DNA of 64,000 nucleotides from Botryllus schlosseri (taxonomy: Eukaryota), in contig CM119372.1 in the NCBI GenBank assembly GCA_051294905.1, forward strand, positions 35,218,001 through 35,282,000, written 5' to 3'. Numbering within the stretch: position 1 is the first letter of the stretch; each line of letters begins with the position of its first letter. The notes under the pieces are model-generated. The model had not been told where the DNA came from. It made no database searches and saw nothing but the letters and a program-made list of their open reading frames with translations. Shown piece by piece: positions 11,777-24,200 of the stretch. A program made the translations under genes and the position numbers.

Positions 11777-13945
11777 GATTTAGACCTAAAGACTACAGCG
11801 CCGCTGTCTCGAAAAATCATTAGTTGTAGGCAATTAGGTCTTACGAGTTGTCGAATTGTGACTATTGTTGTGACACGTCTTGTGTGGTGACGTACGCAGG
11901 GAAGGTTGGGGATCGATTTCGAAACCCTTCCTTCTGAAATGGCTATGTTATATTTGTAAGCCCAATTAGAATTTAGCAATTGGTGACTGACCGATCAATA
12001 CGATGACACTTTCTAAGGTGCAGCCTAGCATTTCTGAACTGCTATCTGGAAGGGAACAACTGAAGTGACACCGATTTTCAATATATATCCATTATAATGT
12101 TTTCGTTTTATGTGGAAATTATATTTTATTGGTTTTGTTCCTTAACACAGTTCTTTTTGAGATGTGCAGTTGGATGTGTATATATCGTAAATTTTTGTTG
12201 GTATGGCTAATCGAAAATTTGGGTTTCTTGGACATTGGTGTAGCTAGGGGGGTCGAAAGGGGCGATGCCACCGCCCAAATGTTAGTAAAATTTTTGTAAA
12301 ATCGATAAATATTACAGTATTTTGGGGCAGATGAATGCAACCTAAAACTTTTCTTCGTCCGTACATGTCGTGCTTTTATTATCGATATCCCGAAAAAATA
12401 TTTCTTCTGCAAATACCCAGTACCCATAATTGAATTTAGCTGAATTTTCATTTATGAGAATACAACAGTATACCAGTAGATACACTAGAGTAGCCCGAGG
12501 TCGTTGAATTGATTGAGTCTAGGAGTGTCAGCTCAATAGGAGGGTTGGGGACTGTTAGTCCCGGCAATTTCCATTCCGGGACACGCGACGACATATAAAG
12601 TAGGCTACACGCGACCCCTCAAAGTGCGCTCCCAAAATGATTGACGGTCATTAAACCGACGCATGTATTCCAAAGCCTTTGATATAGATTTTCGGGTGCT
12701 TAAGTAGCTGGCGCCTCATGATCCCGTCTCTGCAATCAATCCCCTCCGACATAAATGCGACTGGCACAGGATAATATCGCCACTTCCCGTTAAAAAGTGC
12801 TAATTTGTAATCGCACGAGTCTGATCAAAAGAGATTTTTTTAAATTTGGCTGGTATGTACCAGCGATTCCAATCTTGAAAGTAGCGGCAATGTTTACCAG
12901 AGTTTACTAACTAACCGTGCTTTAACGAAGTATTTAATAAGAATGGACACCACTTGCTCATATACAAGAACCAATACCATTGATCATATTCTTTCATTTA
13001 TTTAAAACAATTTTACGATCCGCGCGACTAGGCCCGAAATTCACACTGATAGTTCATCACTTAATGTCAGTGATTTGGGCTCGTCCGTGAAACGATCGCG
13101 TAATATAAGTTATAGTTGGCAACTGGAAGCTTCCGTAGCAGCGGTTCACAACCGAGAGTCCACGAAGCATTTTCAAGGGGTCTGGAAATGTCCAAATTAG
13201 CAAAATGATTGATAACCTAATTTGTATTTTTTTCAATAAAGAAATCACAAGGCAGTTTCTCTTCATAACAGCTAAAACTTCAGGACTCACATAGACAGAA
13301 TGGCTGTCTGAGATGAAATATTTTACTGTGCAAATTCATTTTAATTGCCAATAGCCTACTGATACAAACATCTTGCTGTTTAGAGATGTTTTGTTGTGGT
13401 TCTGGAAGAATTTGTTTCCAAAAATCAATTTTCTTTTATGATATAAATAACCACAAGAAGAGCTACTAGATATAAATAACTAGGCTGGAAGTTACATGCT
13501 CATAAAAAATTGTTTCTCATTATTGGTGTCATATGTGTTGTGAGCTACCCAAAGGTGTCGTCGGAAGCGTTACACATAATTATTATATTGGCCATGACCT
13601 ATCATTGTGGAAATGGATTTTCAGCACTCATTAAGATCAAATCGGCGGCGCGGATTATTTCCAAGATACCATCACGCATTACAAGATATTCAGCTACCAA
13701 ATCCGCTTTGAAATAACATAAGTCTTACCAATTTAAGCATAAATAGTATGATGTTTTTTTTTCCAGAAAAGTCATTTTGTTGCTATTTATCACTAGCCTA
13801 CAGTAAATATTTGCACAAGACAGACGACGGTTGCACGGTAATTGAACTAAATTTAAATTAAAACTTGAGGGGTACGTGAGGACCCGTGACAGTTCAAAGA
13901 GGCCGGGTCTGCGAAGACAAAAAGGTTGAGAACCACTGTTCTGTA

Positions 13946-14025
13946 GGGTATGTGTGTGTGTGTGTGTGTGCGCGTCTAAGAACAGTATGTATAAAGGGTA
14001 GTGATGAAATTGCCCATGGAAGGAT
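13946..14025 (+). repeat. (TG)n microsatellite within a short dispersed repeat also at ~35961-36040
   Basis: Both read AGGGTA(TG)n followed by similar GGGTRGTGATRAAATT sequence. Confidence 0.55.
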
Positions 14026-14155
14026 GCACGGTTCTGCGAGGTGTCCCATGGGGGAGCTCCCCCAAACTCATAAAAATTTGCGACAATTACGTCATCGAAT
14101 TTTTGGCCCCGAATATTTTTTTACACGGCTTTTAACAGTAAATTCATATTTATTG

Positions 14156-14201
14156 ACTCGAAGAACTTTTCGCGTGCCTCTTATCAAGAGCAACCGGCAC
14201 G
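14156..14201 (-). ncRNA. Minimal hammerhead ribozyme, U3-A8 variant (inverted arm)
   Basis: Exact reverse complement of 18853-18898. Confidence 0.72.
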
Positions 14202-14438
14202 ATAAAGGATACAGAACAGAGATGGATTCAAAACCAAATGGCGAATTGTGACGCAATAATGAAAATTTATAAATAACATGAATGGATTTTCAACCATAGC
14301 AACAATGCGGTGTATATAGCAACAAGCAACTTCAAGAAGTACTGCCCGTGAGGAATAACATACAAATACAATGAGACAATGCAGCAACACAGAATAAAAA
14401 TTGTACAGAAATACGGACGAATAGCTAAGCAACAACAA

Positions 14439-16272
14439 CTAGTGTGAGATTTTAAGATTATACAAAAATTCTTTCTGTCGACAAAGGACCGGGTTGTTGA
14501 GTTTGATGAAAGTGGATTCCAAAGCTGTTAAATGAAATATGGTTCTACCCTTGGATAAAACTGAAAACATGTCGTCTGAATAGTTTGAGGCGCAAGACGG
14601 GTTGTCGATCAAATGCTGGCCAATTGAAGAACTGCATGCCAACACTTGGCTGTACGATTGGGATTTTGATGCGTGTTTCTGTTTACATTGCTGAGTGATA
14701 TTTTCAGAATCAGGAGACTGCGATGCCGATCTTATCCCCTTAGGAACATGCTGTTTGATACGCTCTAGCAAGCGTTGGGATGTGCGTCCCACATACCGAC
14801 TGTCACAGTGGCATTTGTATTCATATATGACCATACTTTGATGAAAAGCAGGCAGCACATCCTTTCGCGTGTTGGGCAAAATTTGTTTCGTTGTATATAC
14901 AATCCTCGCATTAAAAGTGTTGTAACATGATTCGACGCATGATCTGATTGATTTGGTGAATCTATTGGAAACAGAGCCAAGCCAAGGAAGGTGTATGTAC
15001 ATTGTACACCGGGCATGTGTTAGGGCCGAAAACTGTAGGTTGTCTGAATTTACGCATTTTCTCCGCAATGGCAGAGTCAGTGATGCTATCGGGATATCCA
15101 TTTTTGGACAAAATGGATCTAATCCAATTTAATTCTGCGGACAATTTGTCTTTACAGCAAATCATAAGTGCTCGATGCACAAGGGTAGAGATCAAATTTA
15201 ATTTACGCTTTTTCGGACAAAAGGAGTTCCACCTAACATAATGACCGGTGAATGTTGGCTTCCGATAAACTGATGTGGTGAATTGATGACCCGTTTTTTC
15301 TACCAAAACATCAAGAAACGGTAGGGAACTATTTTGTTCTTTATCTACTGTGAATTTGAGGGATTGATGCATTGAATTTAACGTATCGAAAAAGGCATCA
15401 CACTGTCGCTCACTTTGAAAAACCACAAACGTATCATCAACGTATTGATAATACATAAGAGGTTTATCAGAGTCCGAAAATAACTTATTCTCATGGAACC
15501 CGACAAAAATATTCGCGAGGGTGGGTCCCAATGGTGAACCCATGGCCATGCTGTCAGATTGCTTATACATCATGTCGTTGAAACAGAATTCAACCGACGA
15601 CGTTGATATTTCAAGCAACTCCAAGAATATTTCCCGCGGAATTGAAGGAGGTTCAAGCTCACCATTGTAAAGAGTGTCAGCGCAAATATTGAAAGTTTCA
15701 GTCAATGGCACATGGTAAATAAACTAACAATATCGAATGAGCTCATATATACATCATTGGGATCAAGACCGAAATTACGAATTTTCTCAACGAATGTGAA
15801 TGAGTCACTCAAGCAATTATTTGAATGAACAGACCGGACGGGTTCGATTATTGCGTTGAGCCATTTTGCTAAACTAGGTTGTGCCGAACCAGACATAGAA
15901 AGAATTGGACGCAGTGGCGTATTAGCTTTGTGTATTTTCGGCAGGCCATACATACGCGGTCTTTGTGATCCACACGGTCTGATGAATTCATAGACTTCTT
16001 TAGGGATAACCTTCTGATTCTTCAGAGCTAGTAGACGACGCTGTAGTTACCCTCATTCTTTTTCGTATTATCATTCGAACTCGATGGTCCGAGGAAATGA
16101 ACTTGGAGGAATCTTGAAGAATGCTCTCCATCTTTTGGCAATAGTCGGCTTTGTTGAGAATGACTACTCCGTTACCTTTGTCCGGTTTTGTTATATAAAT
16201 ATTCTTGTTGGATCGAAGTGATTTAATAGCTTGCCAACATTCCTTGGTCATTAAAAAATCACCAACGTCAAT
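14439..16272 (-). pseudogene. Frameshifted Penelope-type reverse transcriptase plus GIY-YIG endonuclease
   Basis: Consecutive ORF pieces contain KPDKGNGVVIL, YGLPKIHK..PLRPI, SFDIVSLFT, AMGSPLGPTLANIFV, YVDD, FLDV, KPTFTG and YEYKCHCDSRYVGRT. Frameshifts lie near 16000-16090, 15710 and 15000. Confidence 0.93.
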
Positions 16273-16403
16273 ACGTCAACGTCAACGTCAACGTCGATAC
16301 GTTAAATTGGATGCATCAATCCCTCAAATTCACAGTAGATAAAGAACAAAATAATTCCCTACCGTTTCTTGATGTTTTGGTAGAAAAAACGGGTCATCAA
16401 TTC

Positions 16404-17756
16404 CAGGGCCGTAACTGCCGCACCCCAAACCCCCCAATTGGGGGGGCCCGAGCTCGAAGGGGGCCCAAAATTATTTCGTGAATTAGCATAAATTATAGAG
16501 TATTTTTTGAAAATTTAAGCAACTTTATTAAAAATTTTTCGCGCTGCGCGCGATTTCAAGTTGCCAAGTATCTTGAATATTGGGTACCCTTCCCACAAGA
16601 AAAAATACGCAAGATTTATAGAAATGGGCATATCAGCGTCGGCCATTACCTCGCCACGACGCACCAAGACGTGTAAAGTTTTAGGCCATGTTACATGCGA
16701 CTGCAAGAAGTGTGCCAGAACGATCGGCAGCGAGAAAACCTTGGCCGAAAAGGACTGCCCTTATGCTGACCGAAAACTTCGTTATATATACAAAATACAT
16801 GTGGGTTTAATAGTCCATAGGTGCCTAAATGACTGGCACCTAAATGTTCGTGTCTGGACAATCTGAACCTCACAAGACAAATACCACCCCGCAGGGAAAA
16901 AATATATGCCAGTGAAGAAATACCAATTTGAAATCGTGAGATCTTTTAGTTTAGTACGTTTCGACGATTGTATATTTTTGATATAGCAGACAGGAGGTCA
17001 CGAAATAACATCATGTAACGAAGTCATACCAACGGTTCCACCTGCCCGAAGATGTTTAATTATTATTTACGGGCTCTACATTTTCCAAGACAACACCTGA
17101 CTCAGCTTTACCGGTAAATCTGATCACGTGAGCAACTGAGTGTAGAGGACAAGAAATTGATAGCAATATATATGCAATTCCCGATCTTATTGACCGATTT
17201 TATCTTGAATTATCGAAAATTTTCGCGCTTCGCGCTGGCTTACTACGCAATACATCTATACTTTCGTGGCAAAGTGAGCAACGTGGTGGCGGCTTGGAGG
17301 GTCGGTTTGTCACCCTATGGGAGCCAAAGACTCCAGTTTTTGGGGGGCCTGACGAAGTGCTGTTTCGTTCCTGCCAACGGGTATACATTACATCCGGAGA
17401 TGTTTATTTATTATTGAGGGGTCCTACCCTTTCAAACACACCTCACTCTGCTCTACCGGTAAATCTGATTACGTGAGCAGAGAAAGGATAAAAATTGATA
17501 GCAATATATATGCAATCCCAGATCATATGGCCCGATTCAGTCATGAATTGTAGAAATTTTTCGCGCTTCGCGCGTTTAGGCGATAACAACTGTCTCACCA
17601 AACGGACACCCAATATAGATGATAAGCAGCGGTAAACAACGTAGAGCCTGAGGGGGGTCTGGGGGGCGAAGCCCCCCAGAAGTTGAGTTTATCACCCTAT
17701 GGGGGGCCCAGGACCAACGTTTGGGGGGGGCCTGACGAAGTGCTGTTACGGCCCTG
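16404..17756. mobile_element. hAT-type non-autonomous DNA transposon inserted in the PLE arm
   Basis: TIR CAGGGCCGTAAC; perfect TSD ATCAATTC (16396-16403, 17757-17764). The uninterrupted site is visible in the other arm (~15283). Internal direct repeats at ~17096-17370 and ~17442-17750. Confidence 0.93.
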
Positions 17757-18852
17757 ATCAATTCACCACATCAGTTTATCGGAAGCCAACATTCACCGGT
17801 CATTATGTTAGGTGGAACTCCTTTTGTCCGAAAAAGCGTAAATTAAATTTGATCTCTACCCTTGTGCATCGAGCACTTATGATTTGCTGTAAAGACAAAT
17901 TGTCCGCAGAATTAAATTGGATTAGATCCATTTTGTCCAAAAATGGATATCCCGATAGCATCACTGACTCTGCCATTGCGGAGAAAATGCGCAAATTCAG
18001 ACAACCTACAGTTTTCGGCCCTAACAAATGCCCGGTGTACAATGTACATACACCTTCCTTGGCTTGGCTCTGTTTCCAATAGATTCACCAAATCAATCAG
18101 ATCATCATGCGTCGAATCATGTTACAACACTTTTAATGCGAGGATTGTATATACAACGAAACAAATTTTGCCCAACACGCGAAAAGATGTGCTGCCTGCT
18201 TTTCATCAAAGTATGGTCATTGGTCATATATGAATACAAATGCCACTGTGACAGTCGGTACGTGGGACGCACATCCCAACGCTTGCTAGAGCGTATCAAA
18301 CAGCATGTTCCTAAGAGGATAAGATCGGCATCGCAGTCTCCTGATTCTGAAAATATCACTCAGCAATGTAAACAGAAACACGCATCAAAATCCCAATCGT
18401 ACAGCCGAGTGTTGGCATGCAGTTCTTCAATTGGCCAGCATTTGATCGACAACCCGTCTTGCGCCTCAAACTATTCAGACGACATGTTTTCAGTTTTATC
18501 CAAGGGTAGAACCATATTTCATTTAACAGCTTTGGAATCCACTTTCATCAAACTCAACAACCCGGTCCTTTGTCGACAGAAAGAATTTTTGTATAATCTT
18601 AAAATCTCACACTAGTTGTTGTTGCTTAGCTATTCGTCCGTATTTCTGTACAATTTTTATTCTGTGTTGCTGCACTGTCCCATTGTATTTGTATGTTATT
18701 CCTCACGGGCAGTACTTCTTGAAGTTGCTTGTTGCTATATACGCCGCATTGTTGCTATGATTGAAAATCCATTCATGTTATTTATAAATTTTCATTATTG
18801 CGTCACAATTCGCCATTTGGTTTTGAATCCATCTCTGTTCTGTATCCTTTAT

Positions 18853-18898
18853 CGTGCCGGTTGCTCTTGATAAGAGGCACGCGAAAAGTTCTTCGAGT
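18853..18898 (+). ncRNA. Minimal hammerhead ribozyme, U3-A8 core variant (PLE family 2)
   Basis: CGTGCCggtt-GCTC-TTGATAA-G-AGGCACG-C-GAAA-AGTTCT-TC-GAGT. Same architecture and position as the family 1 ribozyme. Confidence 0.72.
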
Positions 18899-19016
18899 CA
18901 ATAAATATGAATTTACTGTTTAAAGCCGTGTTCAAGTTTTGTACCGCCAATCAGCTATTCGAATATTTTTTTCTGGCTACGCACTTGTTTGTGGATACTT
19001 CTTGGTTAGCGTAACT

Positions 19017-19715
19017 CAGGGGTGGCCAACCTTTTTGGCCAAAGGGCCACATTCGATTGCTGAACTATTGCGCGGGCCACTAGCCGCGCAAGGCGCGAAA
19101 TTTTTTCGTAGTTCATAGGTTAATAATATTGTCATTTGACTATATTGCGGGCCTTCTGTATATCGCAAGGCGCAGTTTGCAAGGACTGGACTATTCGGCG
19201 CCTGGACACATCGATATCGAAAGCTTCGACCAACTCGCGGCAATCATTTTGTGCCTGGGTTTCATCGTCGACGGTATTTCTGCGAGCGCAAACGCAAGGT
19301 TGCATATGCTTATATGTTGAACGACACTTTGTCTCGTAATCGCGAATATAGTTAGACTCAATCTGATACATTAGGCGTTCTTTCATTATCACAACGGGGT
19401 AACAATATTTAATGCAAGAAATCGAGTGACAACATGATGCGCGAAACGTGAAGAAAACTTTTACTTTTATTAAATCTATCGCAAATGATTCTGCTTTATT
19501 GTAGTGTACGAAGATCTACTGGCTGAACTGATATTTTGGTCATCACATCTCAAATGTTGCGGTCAGACTAATCAAGTTTTTGGTTGGCCTTGCAAGTTCG
19601 CAATCTGTGCAATTCATTTGTATTATATTACTAATTTCGTAAATTACCTCGCGAGCCACTCAAAACCTTCTCGCGGGCCAAATATGGCCCGCGGGCCACG
19701 GGTTGGCCGGCCCTG
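19017..19715. mobile_element. CAGGGGTGGCCAAC-TIR hAT MITE, free-standing
   Basis: Imperfect TIRs; perfect TSD GCGTAACT (19009-19016, 19716-19723). Confidence 0.9.
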
Positions 19716-20000
19716 GCGTAACTGTTCCGGCCGTAAGTAGCGGTGAAGAACCATTGCCTCGCATCTGGTTAAAATATACAATTGAGTTTTCTCTGAGCTC
19801 CTGTGATAAAACAATTTGGTAAAGTCACATCCTCAGGGATGACATCTTACTACCTGCACCAAGCGTACGTGACTAGTATTGTGACGTCATCACATTCGAG
19901 AACGTCAACGATGTTGCAATTGTAGGTTACTATACTGCAGAGTCGTGCTGTGAGGTTCATGGCTGGTGAGGAACTGACTCCCCTTAACATCAAACTTAAA

Positions 20001-21245
20001 CAGAGGTGGTCAGTAACGAAGTACTTCTACTTTTGGGAAGTACTCAAGTAATTTTCCTATACTTCTGGTACTTACTCAAGTAGATCCGATTTTCTCTACT
20101 TCTTCTTCGTATTTTTTTGTGATCTACTTACTTACTTTTCGCTATTTTCAGTTTGTCAAGTAGAAGTAGTTCAATCCATCAATACGAAAGATAACCTGAG
20201 GAATTTCGGGGCTGTTTTCACGGAGTACCAGCATTTAATATTCATAAAAGTCAAGTAAAGCCCAGAAATTTTGTTGCTTTCAGGGCACAGCAGTTGTGGA
20301 TTCACAAATATGTTTTTACGAAAGTATCAGTGAATATAATTCAGGAACCGGATTGCTTGGTTCCGCTCACGCCGTAGTGTTACCCATATCAAATATTTCA
20401 TCACAATAAATATGGCCCACCATAACGTTTGAAACTGCCGTTTCGCAATCTAGCAACCTACCTATCATATCGTAATCTAGCTGCCCATTAGGTGTGATGC
20501 TAATCTGGGAAATCCAGCTTTTTTTAAAATTACACCTGTTTTAGAAGATCACCTTTGAAGCTTTATGGACAAAAGCCATTAAATATATTTTCCGCTTTTT
20601 AGAAGTCGTATTTGTATTTCACTTTGAATTGCGAGTATCATACTTTACGTTCTAATTACTTTCAGTTCTTTTGTCTGCAGAACATACACGGTGAAGCATA
20701 AAAGCAAGTGTAGTAATGCCTCGATCTATTTTCCGAAAATAAAGCTACACTAAATATAACTTTTATGATCAACAACATTTGTTATTAACGTATACTATTC
20801 GCGCTAAGTGATGGAACCGTATCCGATACGACTTCTACGCATTGCTCTTCGCCTAAACTTGGGGCCTTATCATATGGGGTAGGGCGCCATGCCATGATAT
20901 TTTTAAAACGGGGTCTTCTACTAAACAAAGGGTTAGTATTGTATTTTCATATCAATACTATATTTTGACTCCCATGATGCGAAAGAACGCTTATTTTGTT
21001 GAAAATTGATACCTTCAGGGATGCATCAAAACGAATTAAGCTCTCTGCACCTTCCGTATAGCTCAATTCGCAGCTTTTGACAGTCCATGCGAACGAATTA
21101 GGACTGTTTTCAAAACTACTTACTTACTTGTGTATATTTAAAGTTAGTCAATTCTTCTTTTACTTCAAGTAGTTTTAGGGGGCTTATTGACGAAATACTT
21201 CTACTCGTACTTGAGTAGCTTTCTTGACTACTTTGACCACCTCTG
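20001..21245. mobile_element. hAT-type MITE with TACTT/AAGTA subterminal repeats
   Basis: TIR CAGAGGTGGTCA; perfect TSD AACTTAAA (19993-20000, 21246-21253). Confidence 0.9.
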
Positions 21246-24200
21246 AACTTAAATCGTCGAAGACAGTAGATGAAATGAATTGTTGGGGCGAGGGGGGTCA
21301 GTGCCTCACCAGCAATGATCCTCACCGCACGTCAGTGCCTTGCACTATCGCGTGCCAGTTTATTGTAATTTCTGATGTCGTTGTTCATTTATAGGAGATC
21401 ATGGTTAAAAAAAATTCTCTACTTCAATCAAGGACATATTTTTTAACGTCTTTGGTTAAAATTGATTTTTACTTCAAATGCAATCATAATACTTTCGCAC
21501 TTCCATCGTTCTCTTTGTACATGCGTTTGAAGTAGTCCACGTAACTTGTGGCTAATATGTGTCACCGCATAATTAGTCAATCCGTTGTTTGATTGATCGT
21601 TTGGTTAGTTAGAAATCTCAATGCTGCATAACAACGATCACTTTCGTATAGCGTAGGTGACGACGCAACTTTGACCTTGACGGCCCAAGCCAAAATACGC
21701 ATGATTATATGTCCCATGCGCCAATGACCAAGTTTGTTGTTCTTTTTAATAATATTGTAGTGTGATATTGATATTGTGTTGAGTCATTTTACTGTACTTC
21801 ATGCAGAAGTATTTTTATATGGATCCGGATCTGTCGCTTCATTGCATGGTATCTCTTATTGCGGTCTTAAAACACCGCATATTAAGTGGGATAGGATGGC
21901 GAAAAGAAGCCCCAACTAACCTTCAAGCATTGCAAGAGATTGCGTGAAATATTATAATAATATTATGTCAATGAATCGTTTCGATTACAGTAGTGATTGA
22001 GTATCTGGGTTATCCTTGATTGTACGGTATCCTAGCTGACTTGCGTGGCTCAACTTCAATCAAAGCCTTGGTATATACACCGAGAACGCGGAACATGTGG
22101 CGAGAATAAGCAACCAAAAGTTGTGAATACTTGGATAGGAATTCTGGAGTAGAACTCGGTCGGCTCAGTATGCCGCCAACTCATTGGTTGTGCATTTATG
22201 CAACCATGGAGCGGGCAATGGCACTAATCGCTACCGTTGACAATTTTTTGAATTGCTAATAGCATTCATTCCGTTATCAAAATCGCTAGATAACCATACC
22301 ATAACTATTACCGTAACGACATATACAGTTATTTCGTGGTATTTGCTTGGTGTACTGTTTTTAGACTTGCTGTTTGCCACGTCTAAATGGCGTAATCGAG
22401 TCGATGCTTTTCCATAATTATGTCATTATCCATCACACGTCTGGTCGTTTATGATCCACTAAAAACAGGCAATTCCGTTGCCGTGTGATATCAGCTATTG
22501 AATAATATTGTATTATGTAACAAAATAATGGCAGTTTATTCACCATCGATGTGGCATACTAATAGCGAATACCTTTACAGTGAGGGTCGTATAGTGTGTC
22601 GATATTTGAGAGCGTATATGCAATATCATATTGAAATTACAGAAAAAGGAATTATAGGCCAATCGAATGCAATTGTTATGATGCAACTGCACCAACGTGG
22701 AATACTCATATTCTATTTGACATGCGAATTTGCATGGATTGTTATATGTAATATGGTCATGGAAAATCTAGTATGTTCCATCTGAGAATGTTGGAACTCG
22801 GACATTCTACAGTCGAAACCACATGCCATACAGTAATCGCAACGTTCTTAGTACATTATTGAACGCTTAGTACTATTAATATTTAGTACCAAATCAACAC
22901 CAAACTTAGATTTCATCTGTACAGACGTTCTGCATTCGTGTAACAATCGCAATATCGATCATTATCGGGTCGATTATGTTCTTCTTGAGGAGTATTAATG
23001 CGCTGTTCGGGTACGAGTGTCATGTCAGTTTACTGCGCACGAACAAGGTGAGGAGCAGATGTCTGGACTGGTGAGACATAAATGGAAGTAGGATGTTAAA
23101 TAAGGTTTTTCAGTCAACATTGAAGAGCTTGAAATCAAGCATCTATGCAAGAATGTAGCTTTGAGAGCTGAGATGAATATGGTATTTGTCCGTTTCATTG
23201 AAATAGAGCCCTGAAGGAATATTTGTTCATTGTAACGCCGTTACAATGTCACTGCTCGCTGTACATGAGTAGAGCGCATCATCTGTTTGAGGAACAATGT
23301 CACCATGCTGCGTTAATAGCGACGTATTGTCTACTTCTCGGACTTGATTTGAAGACCGTTTGTGCTCCAATTCTACCTGATGCAGTCCCGACTTGCCTAC
23401 ATCTAGATTTGAGTAAGTTAATCATTAGAGACATTTTATTTTCCACTACCTTATTAAATATCCTATCCTCAAGAAACATCGGAAAATTCTAAGGATGTAA
23501 AACGTTAATTTTTATGAAATCCACGACGGCATTTCTCAGAATCGAGTAATATTGTGAATTGTGGAATTTGTATATATTTGAAAAACTTTAAGCCATATTC
23601 ACAAATACTACAGCATACGCAAAGACTTGTAATATCAAAATAGCAGACATTTTACCATAAAGCTCACCTGGTTCAGTATGGTCGTAGAATGCGCGCAGCC
23701 TTCAAGACAAAATGTGACCACGTCAAACTGAATCAATACTAGCTTATCCTCGAGAACACTTGATCTCGAATGTCATTAATAATTTTCCGTCAGTCGCAGA
23801 TATGCATCTTGTAATTTCGAGTGTAACCCCCTGCGATTAACAGTCAAATACTGGTGTCTTTTCAACCTGATTCACTACTCGAATCTACTTACTTGACCAC
23901 CTTTCATACTATTCATTTTGTAAACCCACAAATTAGAAATAGGTATTGTCAATTGATATTCAGAATAAATTACCGGTAATACTTTTAATTCTAACTAAAT
24001 AGCATTGCTAACTACTTTGAACACCTCTGTCCTAAACCTAATCCTAACCAAAACCCATACCCTCGGCTATTATGAATATTAATATTAATTGTGAAAGTGA
24101 GACAATGTGACGCTTATCCCCTTATCGTCAGCTATAAATGTAACAATTTACAACAACGAAATCACGTGCAAACGGACACGAGGTTGAACGAGCGGACGTG

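Larger units (their letters stand above)
14123..18959. mobile_element. Penelope-like retroelement family 2, head-to-head inverted insertion, + arm interrupted by a hAT MITE
   Basis: The - arm spans 14123-~16272 and the + arm ~16294-18931 (insertion at 16404-17756), followed by tail 18932-18959. TSD CGAATATTTTTTT at 14110-14122 and 18960-18972. Confidence 0.93.
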
